From Candidatus Bathyarchaeota archaeon (GTDB lineage Archaea; Thermoproteota; Bathyarchaeia; Bathyarchaeales; Bathycorpusculaceae): a DNA stretch of 64,000 nt. The notes beneath the pieces were generated by a model. That model was not told the origin of the DNA, did not search any database, and worked only from the letters and a program-made list of their open reading frames with translations. This document shows, piece after piece, positions 42,243 to 51,668 of the stretch; position 1 is the first letter of the stretch; every line of letters starts with the position of its first letter. The translations under genes were made by a program, and so were the position numbers. The DNA lies in NCBI GenBank assembly GCA_963806535.1, contig CAWDYC010000007.1, forward strand, positions 128,001-192,000, in the 5' to 3' direction.

Positions 42243-42785
42243 ATGAGCCTACTTGAAAATAGCGATTTCATAATGCAAAAGAAAATCCTCTCAGCCCGCG
42301 AACACTACGACTTTCTAGATTTAAAAGGCAACAATCTGGGTGAGGCAGACGGAAACTTCATTCAAGTTCCACCTAAATTTATGGTCATCGATACTCATGG
42401 CGTGGAGCTGATGCATTTGCAAGGCAAGACATTCTCGTTTCACAGAGAATTCACCATATATGACTCAAATGGAGAAGAGTTGGGAACGATAAAACGCAAG
42501 ATCGCCAAGCTGGTAGGCGAAGAATTCTGGGTGGAAAAAAACGGTACTGAATTCATGCGCATCTATGGAGACTTCACCGAGCACGAATATCAAATGGAAT
42601 TGGATGGAACAACAGTTGCAAGCATCCACAAGAAATGGGTAACTCTTCGAGACCAAATGGGAGTATCAATAACGGGAAATGTTGATCACCGGATAGTTAT
42701 CGGAGCCGTAATAGTGATAGAGCATATAGAAGTTACGGAGAGGCAATCTTCCTCAGGTTCATGGAATAACAATGTTCGATTTTAA
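42243..42785 (+). CDS. LURP-one/Tubby-C-like (scramblase-related) protein
   Basis: MQKKILS, F.IYD.NG..LG.IK, GDF..HEY, VASIHKKW. Confidence 0.78.
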   Translation: MSLLENSDFIMQKKILSAREHYDFLDLKGNNLGEADGNFIQVPPKFMVIDTHGVELMHLQGKTFSFHREFTIYDSNGEELGTIKRKIAKLVGEEFWVEKNGTEFMRIYGDFTEHEYQMELDGTTVASIHKKWVTLRDQMGVSITGNVDHRIVIGAVIVIEHIEVTERQSSSGSWNNNVRF

Positions 42786-42801
42786 GAAACCAAGATTTAG
42801 A

Positions 42802-43140
42802 TTATTTTTTACGTATGTTGCATTGCATGACTTTTGGGCAAATTAGACATTCGTCCTCGCTCAGTATGCTTCCGCCAGGTGCATGTAGTAGTCCGCTGAA
42901 ATGGGCACATTTGGCTGGTGAATCAAAAACAGTTGGGTATTCGGTCGGTTTGATGCTGATTATTTTTGCGTTGTCAGTTCTTATCTCGAGTTTTGACATG
43001 CAGTATGGGCAAGCGTAATGTTCTTGTCTCGGAATTACAGAGTTATCTGTGATAACTGTTGGCTTGTCGAATTGTTTTTCGCAGCCTATGTATGGGCATT
43101 TTAGCTTTTCTTCGTGGTGATGCCCCCCGAAAAGTTGCAT
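42802..43140 (-). CDS. Cys/His-rich zinc-finger protein
   Basis: CPYIGC..F, CPYC, CAH..CLIC...C. Confidence 0.75.
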   Translation of the reverse strand: MQLFGGHHHEEKLKCPYIGCEKQFDKPTVITDNSVIPRQEHYACPYCMSKLEIRTDNAKIISIKPTEYPTVFDSPAKCAHFSGLLHAPGGSILSEDECLICPKVMQCNIRKK

Positions 43141-43420
43141 GTCAGTCGCCTCCTTAACGCATTTAACATCGAGTGTAGCAATATTTAATAAACCTTGCCA
43201 CTAAGCAACAAACTTCACTCATTAGCACAACACAACTACAATAACAAACAATATACATATTCGACAAATGTAGAACCAATTAAATACTACCCAAACGTTA
43301 TCACATCTTCGAGAAGTATAACTCATTGTTTGCTCAACTATTCTTAATATTTATGAACAAATCTCAACCACCCTTATATTGTTTAGCGACTAATTAGTAT
43401 CAAAAAAGATTGGTGGAAAA

Positions 43421-43486
43421 ATGGAAAAAACAACAACCCCGAAAAAAACCGCTCCAAAAGAGCACATCTACTTCCCACACGTGTAG
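43421..43486 (+). CDS. 21-aa micro-ORF
   Basis: MEKTTTPKKTAPKEHIYFPHV, preceded by SD GGTGG. Confidence 0.5.
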   Translation: MEKTTTPKKTAPKEHIYFPHV

Positions 43487-43494
43487 GTGAAAAA

Positions 43495-43608
43495 ATGATT
43501 GAAGAAACAACATTACCTTTACTCGTCCTGTGCACAAGCTCGCTAGTGGCAGCCTATGCTTATTACAACATAAAATACCGAAAATTCATCAAAGAACAAG
43601 CAGCCTAA
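43495..43608 (+). CDS. 37-aa single-TM micro-protein
   Basis: MIEETTLPLLVLCTSSLVAAYAYYNIKYRKFIKEQAA; SD AGGTGA overlaps the previous stop. Confidence 0.55.
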   Translation: MIEETTLPLLVLCTSSLVAAYAYYNIKYRKFIKEQAA

Positions 43609-43739
43609 CCGCCACTAAAACAAAATAAAGAGGTGACCAAAACTTCGAATAACCTGTTAAAAAAAATCTGCCGATATGCCCTAAACCTATTTTCTCCTAA
43701 AGTGTCTCTCTTTTTTTGTAAATAAATTTTAAAATTAAA

Positions 43740-43816
43740 TGGAGCCCCGAGCGGGCTTTGCTCCCGCGGCCTGCTGCTTACGAGGCAGCCGCTCTACTGG
43801 GCTGAGCCATCGAGGC
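43740..43816 (-). tRNA. tRNA-Thr(CGU), atypical T- and D-loops, CCA encoded
   Basis: GCCTCGA/TCGGGGC acceptor stem, GCTGC-CTCGTAA-GCAGC anticodon arm, U73-CCA. Confidence 0.88.
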
Positions 43817-44010
43817 ATTGTACTTGCTAATCAGTGAAGAGCAAGTTTTTAAATGTTTTACAGCGCTAAACCATGTTAAAAGTATCAATGCCTTTAAGCA
43901 AAAGCACCTATTGATGGTAAAAATTGCATGCAAATTCCAGCTTAAGCGTCTATTTTAAAAGCTTTAGGTGACCTAATATTTAGTCTGTGTTTTTTAAGGA
44001 GCATGGTTGA

Positions 44011-45042
44011 ATGGGTAACGATAAAACTGGAAGCGACGGGTATTCAAGCGAAAAAAGCACTGATTTGGGCGAACGCAAAATAATCGAGGTTCTTTCAAAC
44101 TACTTTGAAACCATGCCTAATTTGCCTGTTCCCTTCGGAGACGACGTTGCTGCAGTAAATTTGGATCAAAAACAAGTTGCAGTTTTAAAAACTGACATGC
44201 TTGTCGGCAAAACCGATATACCACGAAACATGAGTTTATGGCAAGCAGCTCGCAAAGCAGTTATAATGACCGTTAGCGATTTTGCCTCCAAAGGCGCTCA
44301 ACCAACAGCAGTTCTTGTAGCGCTTGGCTTGCCAAGAGATATTATGCGTAAAGACATTGAAGAAATTGCCCGCGGATTAAATGCTGGAGCACGTGAATAT
44401 GGAGCTTACATTATAGGCGGCGATACTGGTGAAGCTTCAGACCTGATTATTTCCATTTCACTCTTCGGAACTGCTGAAAAAACATCGTTAATGTTGCGCA
44501 GTGGAGCTAAGCCAGGCGACATTTTGGCCGTTACAGGATTTTTCGGCAAATCTGCTTCGGGTTTACGGTTGCTTTCAGACACCTACTCTATATCTCCAAA
44601 TCTTAGTGAAGTATTATTAAATGCGGTTTGCATGCCTAAAGCTAAGCTGAAAGAGGGGTTGGCGCTTAGCCACTCAGGAGCAGTCTCAGCTTCTATTGAT
44701 TCCAGCGATGGTTTAGCTTGGAGTTTGTATGAAATTGGGAAAATGAGCAATGTCGGTTTCACTGTTAACAGCGTCCCAGTTGCCGACGAAGTCAGGAGAT
44801 TTGCAGAGTTTAACCATTTGGATCCTTTAGAGTTGGCCCTTCACGGCGGGGAAGAATATGAGCTTGTACTTACAATTAATCCAAAAAAATGGGTGGATGC
44901 CGAAACTGCTGTGGAATTGGTTGGCGGACGTCTTTTGCCGATAGGTAAAGTTACAAAAGACAGGCAGGTGCTTTTGGATGTTGACGGCCAGAAACGTGTC
45001 ATTGAAGCACGGGGCTGGGAGCACTTTAAGAGCAAGATTTAG
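44011..45042 (+). CDS. thiL: Thiamine-monophosphate kinase
   Basis: GDDVA, KTDML, SDFASKGA, GGDT, DSSDGL, GGEEYEL. Confidence 0.93.
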   Translation: MGNDKTGSDGYSSEKSTDLGERKIIEVLSNYFETMPNLPVPFGDDVAAVNLDQKQVAVLKTDMLVGKTDIPRNMSLWQAARKAVIMTVSDFASKGAQPTAVLVALGLPRDIMRKDIEEIARGLNAGAREYGAYIIGGDTGEASDLIISISLFGTAEKTSLMLRSGAKPGDILAVTGFFGKSASGLRLLSDTYSISPNLSEVLLNAVCMPKAKLKEGLALSHSGAVSASIDSSDGLAWSLYEIGKMSNVGFTVNSVPVADEVRRFAEFNHLDPLELALHGGEEYELVLTINPKKWVDAETAVELVGGRLLPIGKVTKDRQVLLDVDGQKRVIEARGWEHFKSKI

Positions 45043-45604
45043 GTTGGCGATCAAGTAGATAATTGATTATTGTAATACATGACGCAGCCAAGTAGGGTTG
45101 CTTGCCTAAACTGATTTTTTCGCCATAACGTAGAGCAAACAGTTCTGCTTTTTTAGGCAACCCCACGTGATCTCCGAGAACGAAAACCGCATCCTCCGAA
45201 AGATCTGTTTCAGTTATGTCTTTTCCGCCTTCTTCCAAGACATATACTTTGTGCGTTTGAGCTTCCGTTTTAAGCAATGCTTCAAAGCTCGATTTATCTA
45301 CGCCAATACCAGGGTGAGGCTTACCAGCGATTACTTTTCTCAGGATTTGCTGCCACGTATCTACATCCGTTCGCACGTCGTAGACTGTGTTGCCGTCGAT
45401 TCGAATGTGACGGGGTGGGTTCGGTGGGCCATTCAAAACTGCATGGAACGTTACATCTCTTCGAATTCCATGGGAAAGGAACAGACTAGTAACGATACAT
45501 TCGTAAACTATGTCCAACCTTCCAGCATCATGCAGATTGTTAAATGATGAGTTGGTTTTTCCCATTCGTGAGAAGAGGATGAATTCACGAGCCAAATTTT
45601 TCAC
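45026..45604 (-). CDS. trmY: tRNA (pseudouridine54-N1)-methyltransferase
   Basis: GRLDIV, FLSHGIRRD, FVLGDHVG, ISLG. Confidence 0.88.
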   Translation of the reverse strand: MKNLAREFILFSRMGKTNSSFNNLHDAGRLDIVYECIVTSLFLSHGIRRDVTFHAVLNGPPNPPRHIRIDGNTVYDVRTDVDTWQQILRKVIAGKPHPGIGVDKSSFEALLKTEAQTHKVYVLEEGGKDITETDLSEDAVFVLGDHVGLPKKAELFALRYGEKISLGKQPYLAASCITIINYLLDRQPKSCS

Positions 45605-45779
45605 TGGTTAGGTGTATGGTATGTTTGCTTTAAAGTGCTTTCCTGCTATTTTGATTCGACAAATGAGAGATTCGGTAAAGCACCCAGGCTGTAGTCAAAT
45701 GTTGTTTGACAACTATGAAAAGTAAGATTGGAGACTTGAAAATGGGTAGCTTGAATACTTGAAAAAAATTTGCATTATT

Positions 45780-46178
45780 TTAAAGTAAAATTCTTTTTAT
45801 TATCGAAGCGTGATTTGCACTTTTTTCCATAAACACGCTTATTGTATTATCATTTACGCTTAAACAAAGCACTTTGATATTTTCGCCTTCAAGTAATACG
45901 CTCTCTGTTGCGCCTAGATCGAACTGTTTTGCTATCTCTAGGCTGGATTCATGAATTTCAGAAGTCAGCATTGCGTACTGAATTATGTTTTCAGAATCTG
46001 CTATGTCAATTACTGCTAAAGTATCGCTTCTAATTATGTAGCCTATAACACCTTTGAGCTTACGTATTTCCGCCAAGCTTGCGCTTAGGTTTTCGAAAGC
46101 AGAGTTTTCTTCGCTAACTGTTGTTACCTCTATTTTATGTGTGAATGCTGTTTCAGCGTTTGTTTTTTGTTTCAACAA
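45780..46178 (-). CDS. Roadblock/LC7-like protein
   Basis: L..I..LKGVIGYII..., helix, FDLG..ESVLLEG..KVLCL...ISVF fold pattern. Confidence 0.75.
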   Translation of the reverse strand: MLKQKTNAETAFTHKIEVTTVSEENSAFENLSASLAEIRKLKGVIGYIIRSDTLAVIDIADSENIIQYAMLTSEIHESSLEIAKQFDLGATESVLLEGENIKVLCLSVNDNTISVFMEKSANHASIIKRILL

Positions 46179-46194
46179 TTTTTTTGTCCCATAA

Positions 46195-46986
46195 TTAGGT
46201 TATAATTGGTTTAACAATTACGAGATTTCCCTTGCTTGTTTGGAGGGTTTGAAGGATTTTTTCTGGAATTTGTATTACGCCGCGGGAATTGCCCTTTGCT
46301 TCTTTTACGGCTTTGAATTTGCAGTTTGTTGTTTTTCCTTCTAAAGTTTCGATATGTATCTCTGTGATTTTTTTGTTACCATATAAATCGATCCACTTGG
46401 CGATTACATCACTGTTCACCCGCACAGTATCAGGGGCTACAAGCATTCCTCCGATTTTTTCTACCATAAACTGGTTAACAGGCGGTTCTGGAAGAGGCGG
46501 CTCAGAACTAAACGTTACCGACTCCTCAGAAATTGACTCTTCAAGTTGCGGCTCTGGAGTTGGCAAAACCACTTCCTCAATCGGTTTATCTTCTGGCTCA
46601 ACAGCTTGAGGCAACCCGTTTTCTGAAAGTTCATCAACAAGCCCCAAAACGGTAGGAACAATAACACAGGTTAAACTTGTTACGGTTTTTTCATCTGCGC
46701 TACGAGAATAAACTGTTGCTAAATAACGGCTATTAATGCATGTAATGCTTAATTGGCGGTCGACACCGTGCATAGTTACAGTTTTGACGCCACCTATGAT
46801 TCCAGCTTTGGAAGAAATTCGATTGAAGGCAGTGACCAAATTTTTGCTCTGCTCATCAACTGTAACTCCATCTGAAGCAACAATTTCGCCGTCCGATTTG
46901 AATATGAATGCATTTGTTATTTCTGGACTTATGTCTTTGAATTCACCTATGATTGTTTGCAATGCATTAGCGTGCGCTTCAGTCAC
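46195..46986 (-). CDS. Roadblock/LC7 domain plus acidic Pro linker plus putative double-psi beta-barrel
   Basis: N-term ITNAFIFKSDGEIVAS; C-term DTVRVNSDVI..GVIQIPEKILQTLQTSKGNLVIVKP resembles CDC48-N halves. Confidence 0.65.
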   Translation of the reverse strand: MTEAHANALQTIIGEFKDISPEITNAFIFKSDGEIVASDGVTVDEQSKNLVTAFNRISSKAGIIGGVKTVTMHGVDRQLSITCINSRYLATVYSRSADEKTVTSLTCVIVPTVLGLVDELSENGLPQAVEPEDKPIEEVVLPTPEPQLEESISEESVTFSSEPPLPEPPVNQFMVEKIGGMLVAPDTVRVNSDVIAKWIDLYGNKKITEIHIETLEGKTTNCKFKAVKEAKGNSRGVIQIPEKILQTLQTSKGNLVIVKPIIT

Positions 46987-47009
46987 TTTTTGCTCCTTCT
47001 AGCTCGAGG

Positions 47010-47435
47010 CTAAGTTATTTTGAATAATATTCTCTCCGGAATACCTTCATCTTCCAAGACAAGGTATCTGAGACCCTCAGTGTCGCCGAGTTGATCAAGC
47101 CACTTTAATGCTTCACGAACTTTCTGCAAAACGAGAAGCCTTTCTTGGTGGCTGCGGACGACAGATTCTATGGCCGTTAACTCATGAAATGCAGTGGCAT
47201 CTAAAATGATGTTTAAGGTGCCTACCGTTACTTCGCTTGGGTTTTCAGCGCTGGTTTTTTTGCCTGCAAGCTTCATGACGACCTCGCGGACTTTTCTTGA
47301 TTTTTCCGCCAAAGTACGGATTTCATCTAAACGCCGCAGGTATTCCCCTAGTACACTTTTGGTTTCCGAAAGCTGAGTCTCTAAGGCTTCAGCTATTGCT
47401 TGGGCTGAATTGTATTCTTTTATTTGTGTTACCAT
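47010..47435 (-). CDS. Coiled-coil hypothetical protein
   Basis: Helix, short beta-hairpin, helix pattern. Confidence 0.7.
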   Translation of the reverse strand: MVTQIKEYNSAQAIAEALETQLSETKSVLGEYLRRLDEIRTLAEKSRKVREVVMKLAGKKTSAENPSEVTVGTLNIILDATAFHELTAIESVVRSHQERLLVLQKVREALKWLDQLGDTEGLRYLVLEDEGIPERILFKIT

Positions 47436-47537
47436 GATTTTTTACTCCTTAAATTTTTTTAATAAGAGAAAGAGGAAAATTGGGTGAATTTTTCTTCACC
47501 TTACCCCCAAATTTCTAGACTAATCGATAAGTTTCGA

Positions 47538-48008
47538 TTATGGTGCACTGTAAGCTATTGAAGCGGTAAGTGTATTGCCTTTTGCAGTTGACATCTTTAA
47601 CTTGTATTGTGCGCCATCGGCTAATAGTTGGGTTGTTGCAGTGCTATGGCTGTAAGTGTAATGGTAAAGGTTTCTGACTGCCCTTTAGGAATCGTGAATA
47701 GCATGCTGGCGTTCCGATGTCATAGCCAGTTAATGCACATTGTTTCCATCAATAGTTGCTGTTTGAGCTGATTGTTACTGTAGCACCGCCTGTATTTCTG
47801 CGCTGACTACTGATATGTGAGTAGCGTCGGTCAGCTTGTCGCGTTTATTGATACTTGTTCTGCGTTTCCCATGAGTCCGATGGTCATTCCGCCCATCCAT
47901 GCTGCGACGACAACGCTAACTGCGACTGTGACTGCGATGAGTATGATTGAGGCGACTACTGGGCTGAGGGCTTTTGAATTTTTCTTAAATTTTTCTAATG
48001 TAGTTCAT
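47538..48008 (-). CDS. Archaeal type IV pilin (class III signal peptide), multiple frameshifts
   Basis: MNYIRKFKKNSKA/LSPVVASIILIAVTVAVSVVVAAWMGG; C-terminal Y.L...TAKGN in another frame. Confidence 0.8.
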
Positions 48009-48159
48009 TTTTTTGTTTAACCTCCTTTGAAGGTTAGATGAAACACTTTCGCTCATTCTCACCTAATAAATATTACGTCTTACGACACAATACTATTTAT
48101 ATGTAGAACACAAATACAAATAAAAAAAACAAGAAAAAACAAAACTAAAAAAAGAATAT

Positions 48160-48504
48160 TTAAGTGCTAATCTCGTCGAATAAACCGAGAAGAAGATTTG
48201 CTACTTTTTCGCCGAATTCAGTTTTCACATAATACTTCTTCAGAGGATCAATTCGTTCGCTTTTAGCTAAACCTAAAGATTCGATTTCAATCATTCTTGC
48301 TCTAAAAGTTCCGTCGCTTAGCGTAAGCTTATTTTTACGCATAAAGTCTTTTGCGTCTTTCCATTTACCTCGACCAGTATGAAGCAGTAGCAAACAATCA
48401 ATAGCATGATCTTTCTCGAGCATTGCTTTAATTGCGGACATCTTTGGATCCGTTAGGACATGTTTAATTTTTTCTTCTTCTACATTCTTCACCATTTCAA
48501 CCAC
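48160..48504 (-). CDS. Winged-helix DNA-binding protein
   Basis: LSDGTFRARM.EIESLGL...YYVKTEFG. Confidence 0.75.
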   Translation of the reverse strand: MVEMVKNVEEEKIKHVLTDPKMSAIKAMLEKDHAIDCLLLLHTGRGKWKDAKDFMRKNKLTLSDGTFRARMIEIESLGLAKSERIDPLKKYYVKTEFGEKVANLLLGLFDEIST

Positions 48505-48766
48505 TCCTTTCCTTTTTATTTAGAATTAAAAATTCGTCTGCGCTTTTAAACCAGTATTACGAATTGCGAAACATATCTGCAGACGTCTTCCTCCCGAATC
48601 AGTAATTAAACAGAACCTCTTTATAAATAATACCAAACAAGCGCAAAAAATGGTACACAACTGCCATTATTAGTGCCAAAAATGGAATTGGAATCATTAG
48701 GAAGCTAAAAAATTTGAAATTAAATTGCAGCAAAACTCTTGAGGCGAGGATAGTCATCTGGTTACA

Positions 48767-49423
48767 ATGAAAAGATTTAACATACGAAGTCGCGTAATAC
48801 CCAATCAGATTAGTACTTCAAGAGGCAAAAAAGTGGCTGCTTTCAGCGAAACCGAATATGAAATTCCAACATGGAACCAAATATATGACATGCTGCTTCA
48901 TCAAGCCCAAAAAATTCAAACGGACGATTACAGACCAGACATTATCATCGGAGTTGCACGTGGGGGAATAGTGCCTTCGCGAATTTTGTCAGACCTTCTA
49001 GAAACAACGGATTTCGCCACAATTCAAATAGAATATTATGACGGCATAAACCAAACAAGAAAAGAGCCGTTCATGAAACAATGTCTAAATGCTCAGCTGA
49101 CTGACAAAAAAACGCTCTTAGTAGATGACATCTCTGACAGCGGTAGCAGTCTGCAGCTTGCAAAAAAACATTTGGAGCGGCAAGAGGCAAAAGAAACCAA
49201 AATCGCAACGCTCTACGCAAAACCCGAAACCATAACAAAACCAGACTATTATGAAAAGCTAACAAGTTATTGGGTAGTTTTTCCTTGGGATGCAAAAGAG
49301 ACTGTGAGAAAAATAATTGAAAAACAAGCAGGAAAAAGCATTACTAACAAAGAAATCGCAAAACTTGTAAAAGCAGGAATGCCAAAAAAGTTAGCTGAAG
49401 AGTTTCTTAAAGATATGGAGTAG
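48767..49423 (+). CDS. Type I phosphoribosyltransferase (Gpt/Hpt-like)
   Basis: GVARGG, LLVDDISDSGSSL, WVVFPW. Confidence 0.9.
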   Translation: MKRFNIRSRVIPNQISTSRGKKVAAFSETEYEIPTWNQIYDMLLHQAQKIQTDDYRPDIIIGVARGGIVPSRILSDLLETTDFATIQIEYYDGINQTRKEPFMKQCLNAQLTDKKTLLVDDISDSGSSLQLAKKHLERQEAKETKIATLYAKPETITKPDYYEKLTSYWVVFPWDAKETVRKIIEKQAGKSITNKEIAKLVKAGMPKKLAEEFLKDME

Positions 49424-49433
49424 GAGCTTCAAA

Positions 49434-50001
49434 GTGCTATATTGCCTTTTAGAATATGGTAAATGGATGGAAATAACAGGGTACAGGAACATAGCGTTCA
49501 CCAAAGCGGAAGAGTTTCTGAAAGCTAACCGAAAAGAAACCAAGCAAAACGTTGAAATGCAATTTTTCGATGCAGAATTAATCGCTAGCCAAAAGCATTT
49601 GTACTTTGCCGCCTTAAACGCGTTGCAAGCCTTCCAAAACAAAACAAACATTTCAAAAAGCCCAGCCATGGAAACTATGCTTTATGCTTCAGCACAACGG
49701 CAAATACAAAGAGCCATCCAACGCTGCGGCATAAAACCAGAAACCAAAAATATGGCAGTTTTAATAATTGGCGAAAAACCAAGCTCCAATTCAATCCGTT
49801 CTTAAGGCAATCAGTGACTGTGTTGGCGTGGAGCCGGATGAGAAAGTTCTTGAAATGTCAAAGACCAAGGAAAAGAAAATCATCAAAACCTTCCAAATTA
49901 CAGATGAAGAGTTAAAGACAATTATTAAAAATGATGACCGTGAAGCGGCGGTAGTTAACTTGGTTATTGAGCGAGTTGCCTTGCTTTCAACCCAAATTTA
50001 A
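49434..50001 (+). CDS. cgi121: KEOPS subunit Cgi121 (frameshift near 49780)
   Basis: QFFDA.LI, ETMLYASAQRQI..AI..CG. Confidence 0.85.
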
Positions 50002-50525
50002 AGCATTTTCTCTTTAATAACCGCCAAAATGTCGCTGGGTTTTAGCAATGATACGCCTGTTAAGGCTCCAAGAACTTCAATAAGCAATATTTTGTCTGGG
50101 TTTTCAAGGTCTGCTTTGCGTTTGATATCGCCTGCGGCTGCCTCGATAATGTCTTTTGAATGTAGTGTTGTAAAACGTTTTTCAACTGTAACTCGGAAAG
50201 TTTCTTGCTCACCGATTCTAGCGGCTAACTCTTGGGATACCCGCTTTATTTCTTCCAAATCCGTTGGTACAACCCGTTCAATAGGCAAAATTCTCAGGGC
50301 ATAGCGGAACTCATATGGGCGTTCATTCAGGATGGCACGCAACTTCTCTATTGCGACACAGGGATCCAATGTTGTTTTGCCAACGATTAAGCCTCTGACT
50401 TTGGTTTTGCTTACTTGCGCTTCAGCATCGCCTAATTGTTCCTTGAGCAGGTAGAGCAGTTCGTTGCACATTGGACGTTCGTTTCCACGTGAAGTTGTAG
50501 CTACAAGGTTAAAGTCATTAATCAT
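49998..50525 (-). CDS. THUMP-domain RNA-binding protein
   Basis: TFRVTVEKR, ADLENPD. Confidence 0.88.
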   Translation of the reverse strand: MINDFNLVATTSRGNERPMCNELLYLLKEQLGDAEAQVSKTKVRGLIVGKTTLDPCVAIEKLRAILNERPYEFRYALRILPIERVVPTDLEEIKRVSQELAARIGEQETFRVTVEKRFTTLHSKDIIEAAAGDIKRKADLENPDKILLIEVLGALTGVSLLKPSDILAVIKEKML

Positions 50526-50791
50526 AATAGTACTCTCAGAAGGGAAAATGCAGACAGGTTATTTTTGCCTTTACCTTCAGACAAATATAAAAGATAATGC
50601 TAGCCTTTTGGGTCAGCGTTATTTGACGATTTCTCACAGCTTAGGGCTCGAAGCCGTCGCCTCACATCATCCCGAGCTGAGAAAAGTGTTTTTGGGCGAA
50701 ATTTATCTATTGTGATGACTCGCCAAGGAACTTTGGGTTTGATATTTTAGCGATCGGTATTACTTAAAAAAAGTTAGCTGTTGCGTCACTT

Positions 50792-51358
50792 TTACTTTAC
50801 TAATAGATTTACGAAATCTGTTGCTCGTGTGTTGAGGTCTTCTTTGTCGCCGATTTTGACAACTATAGCGTTTGATAAAGAACCGTTGTTTGAGAGTGCT
50901 GGTACCGAGCTTTTTATCATATCTATGTCGCTCTGCGAGGTTGCGCCTTGACCGCTTCCGAACACGCCGACCTTGGTTCCTGAATCAGGCTTCAAGTTTT
51001 TTAAATCATCTTTAACTGAAGCGGTTGGTGAACCTGCATAGACTGGTCCGCCGACGACTATGATTTTGTATCCTGTTGTGCTAGTTGCCGCATGGCTTTT
51101 TATGCCGGCTAAAGTAACTGTGTAGCTTTGTGCTTGTAGGTCGCTGGCAACTTTGTCAGCTACAGTTTTTGAAGTTCCTGATAGCCCTGGATCATAGACT
51201 ACTAAGGCTTTTCCTACGGAGGTTCCTGTTGCCGTAAGGGTTTGCGATCCAGTTGCTGTATATGCTGCGAGATCTAGAAATATCAGTGCTGCAAAAGCAA
51301 CAAAAATAATTATTATTATAGCGACTATTGCCAAGATTATTTTGAATATTTTTCTCAT
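50792..51358 (-). CDS. Membrane-anchored flavodoxin-like protein
   Basis: N-terminal TM; KALVVYDPGLSGTS, VVGGPVYAG, VFGSG. Confidence 0.78.
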   Translation of the reverse strand: MRKIFKIILAIVAIIIIIFVAFAALIFLDLAAYTATGSQTLTATGTSVGKALVVYDPGLSGTSKTVADKVASDLQAQSYTVTLAGIKSHAATSTTGYKIIVVGGPVYAGSPTASVKDDLKNLKPDSGTKVGVFGSGQGATSQSDIDMIKSSVPALSNNGSLSNAIVVKIGDKEDLNTRATDFVNLLVK

Positions 51359-51599
51359 TTTTGCCCCTTCTCTTTTTGGATGGAGTTATTGTTTTACTCT
51401 GCATAAAAAACTATCTCGAACAAAAAACCGCAATTATTGAGAGAGGACCTTGAAAAAATTAGTAGAAAAATCAGTTGCACCCTATATGATTTATTTCAAA
51501 AGTTCACTCAGGATTAACGACAGTTGACGAATCTAAATGTTTTAAACTCCCGTAACGATACGTAGCATAAAAGCGTTTTATGTGAGGTGAAAAATACAC

Positions 51600-51668
51600 A
51601 TGATATTCGAAGAAGAAGATGAATGGGAAGAAGGCGAAGATGAAGAGTGGGAAGAAGAAGAATGGTAA
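51600..51668 (+). CDS. 22-aa acidic Trp-repeat micropeptide
   Basis: MIFEEEDEWEEGEDEEWEEEEW; SD GAGGTGA at 51584-51590. Confidence 0.6.
   Translation: MIFEEEDEWEEGEDEEWEEEEW

Noticed and set aside
47817-48020. Plus-strand 67-aa ORF
   Set aside because: Antisense shadow of the pilin N-terminal helix
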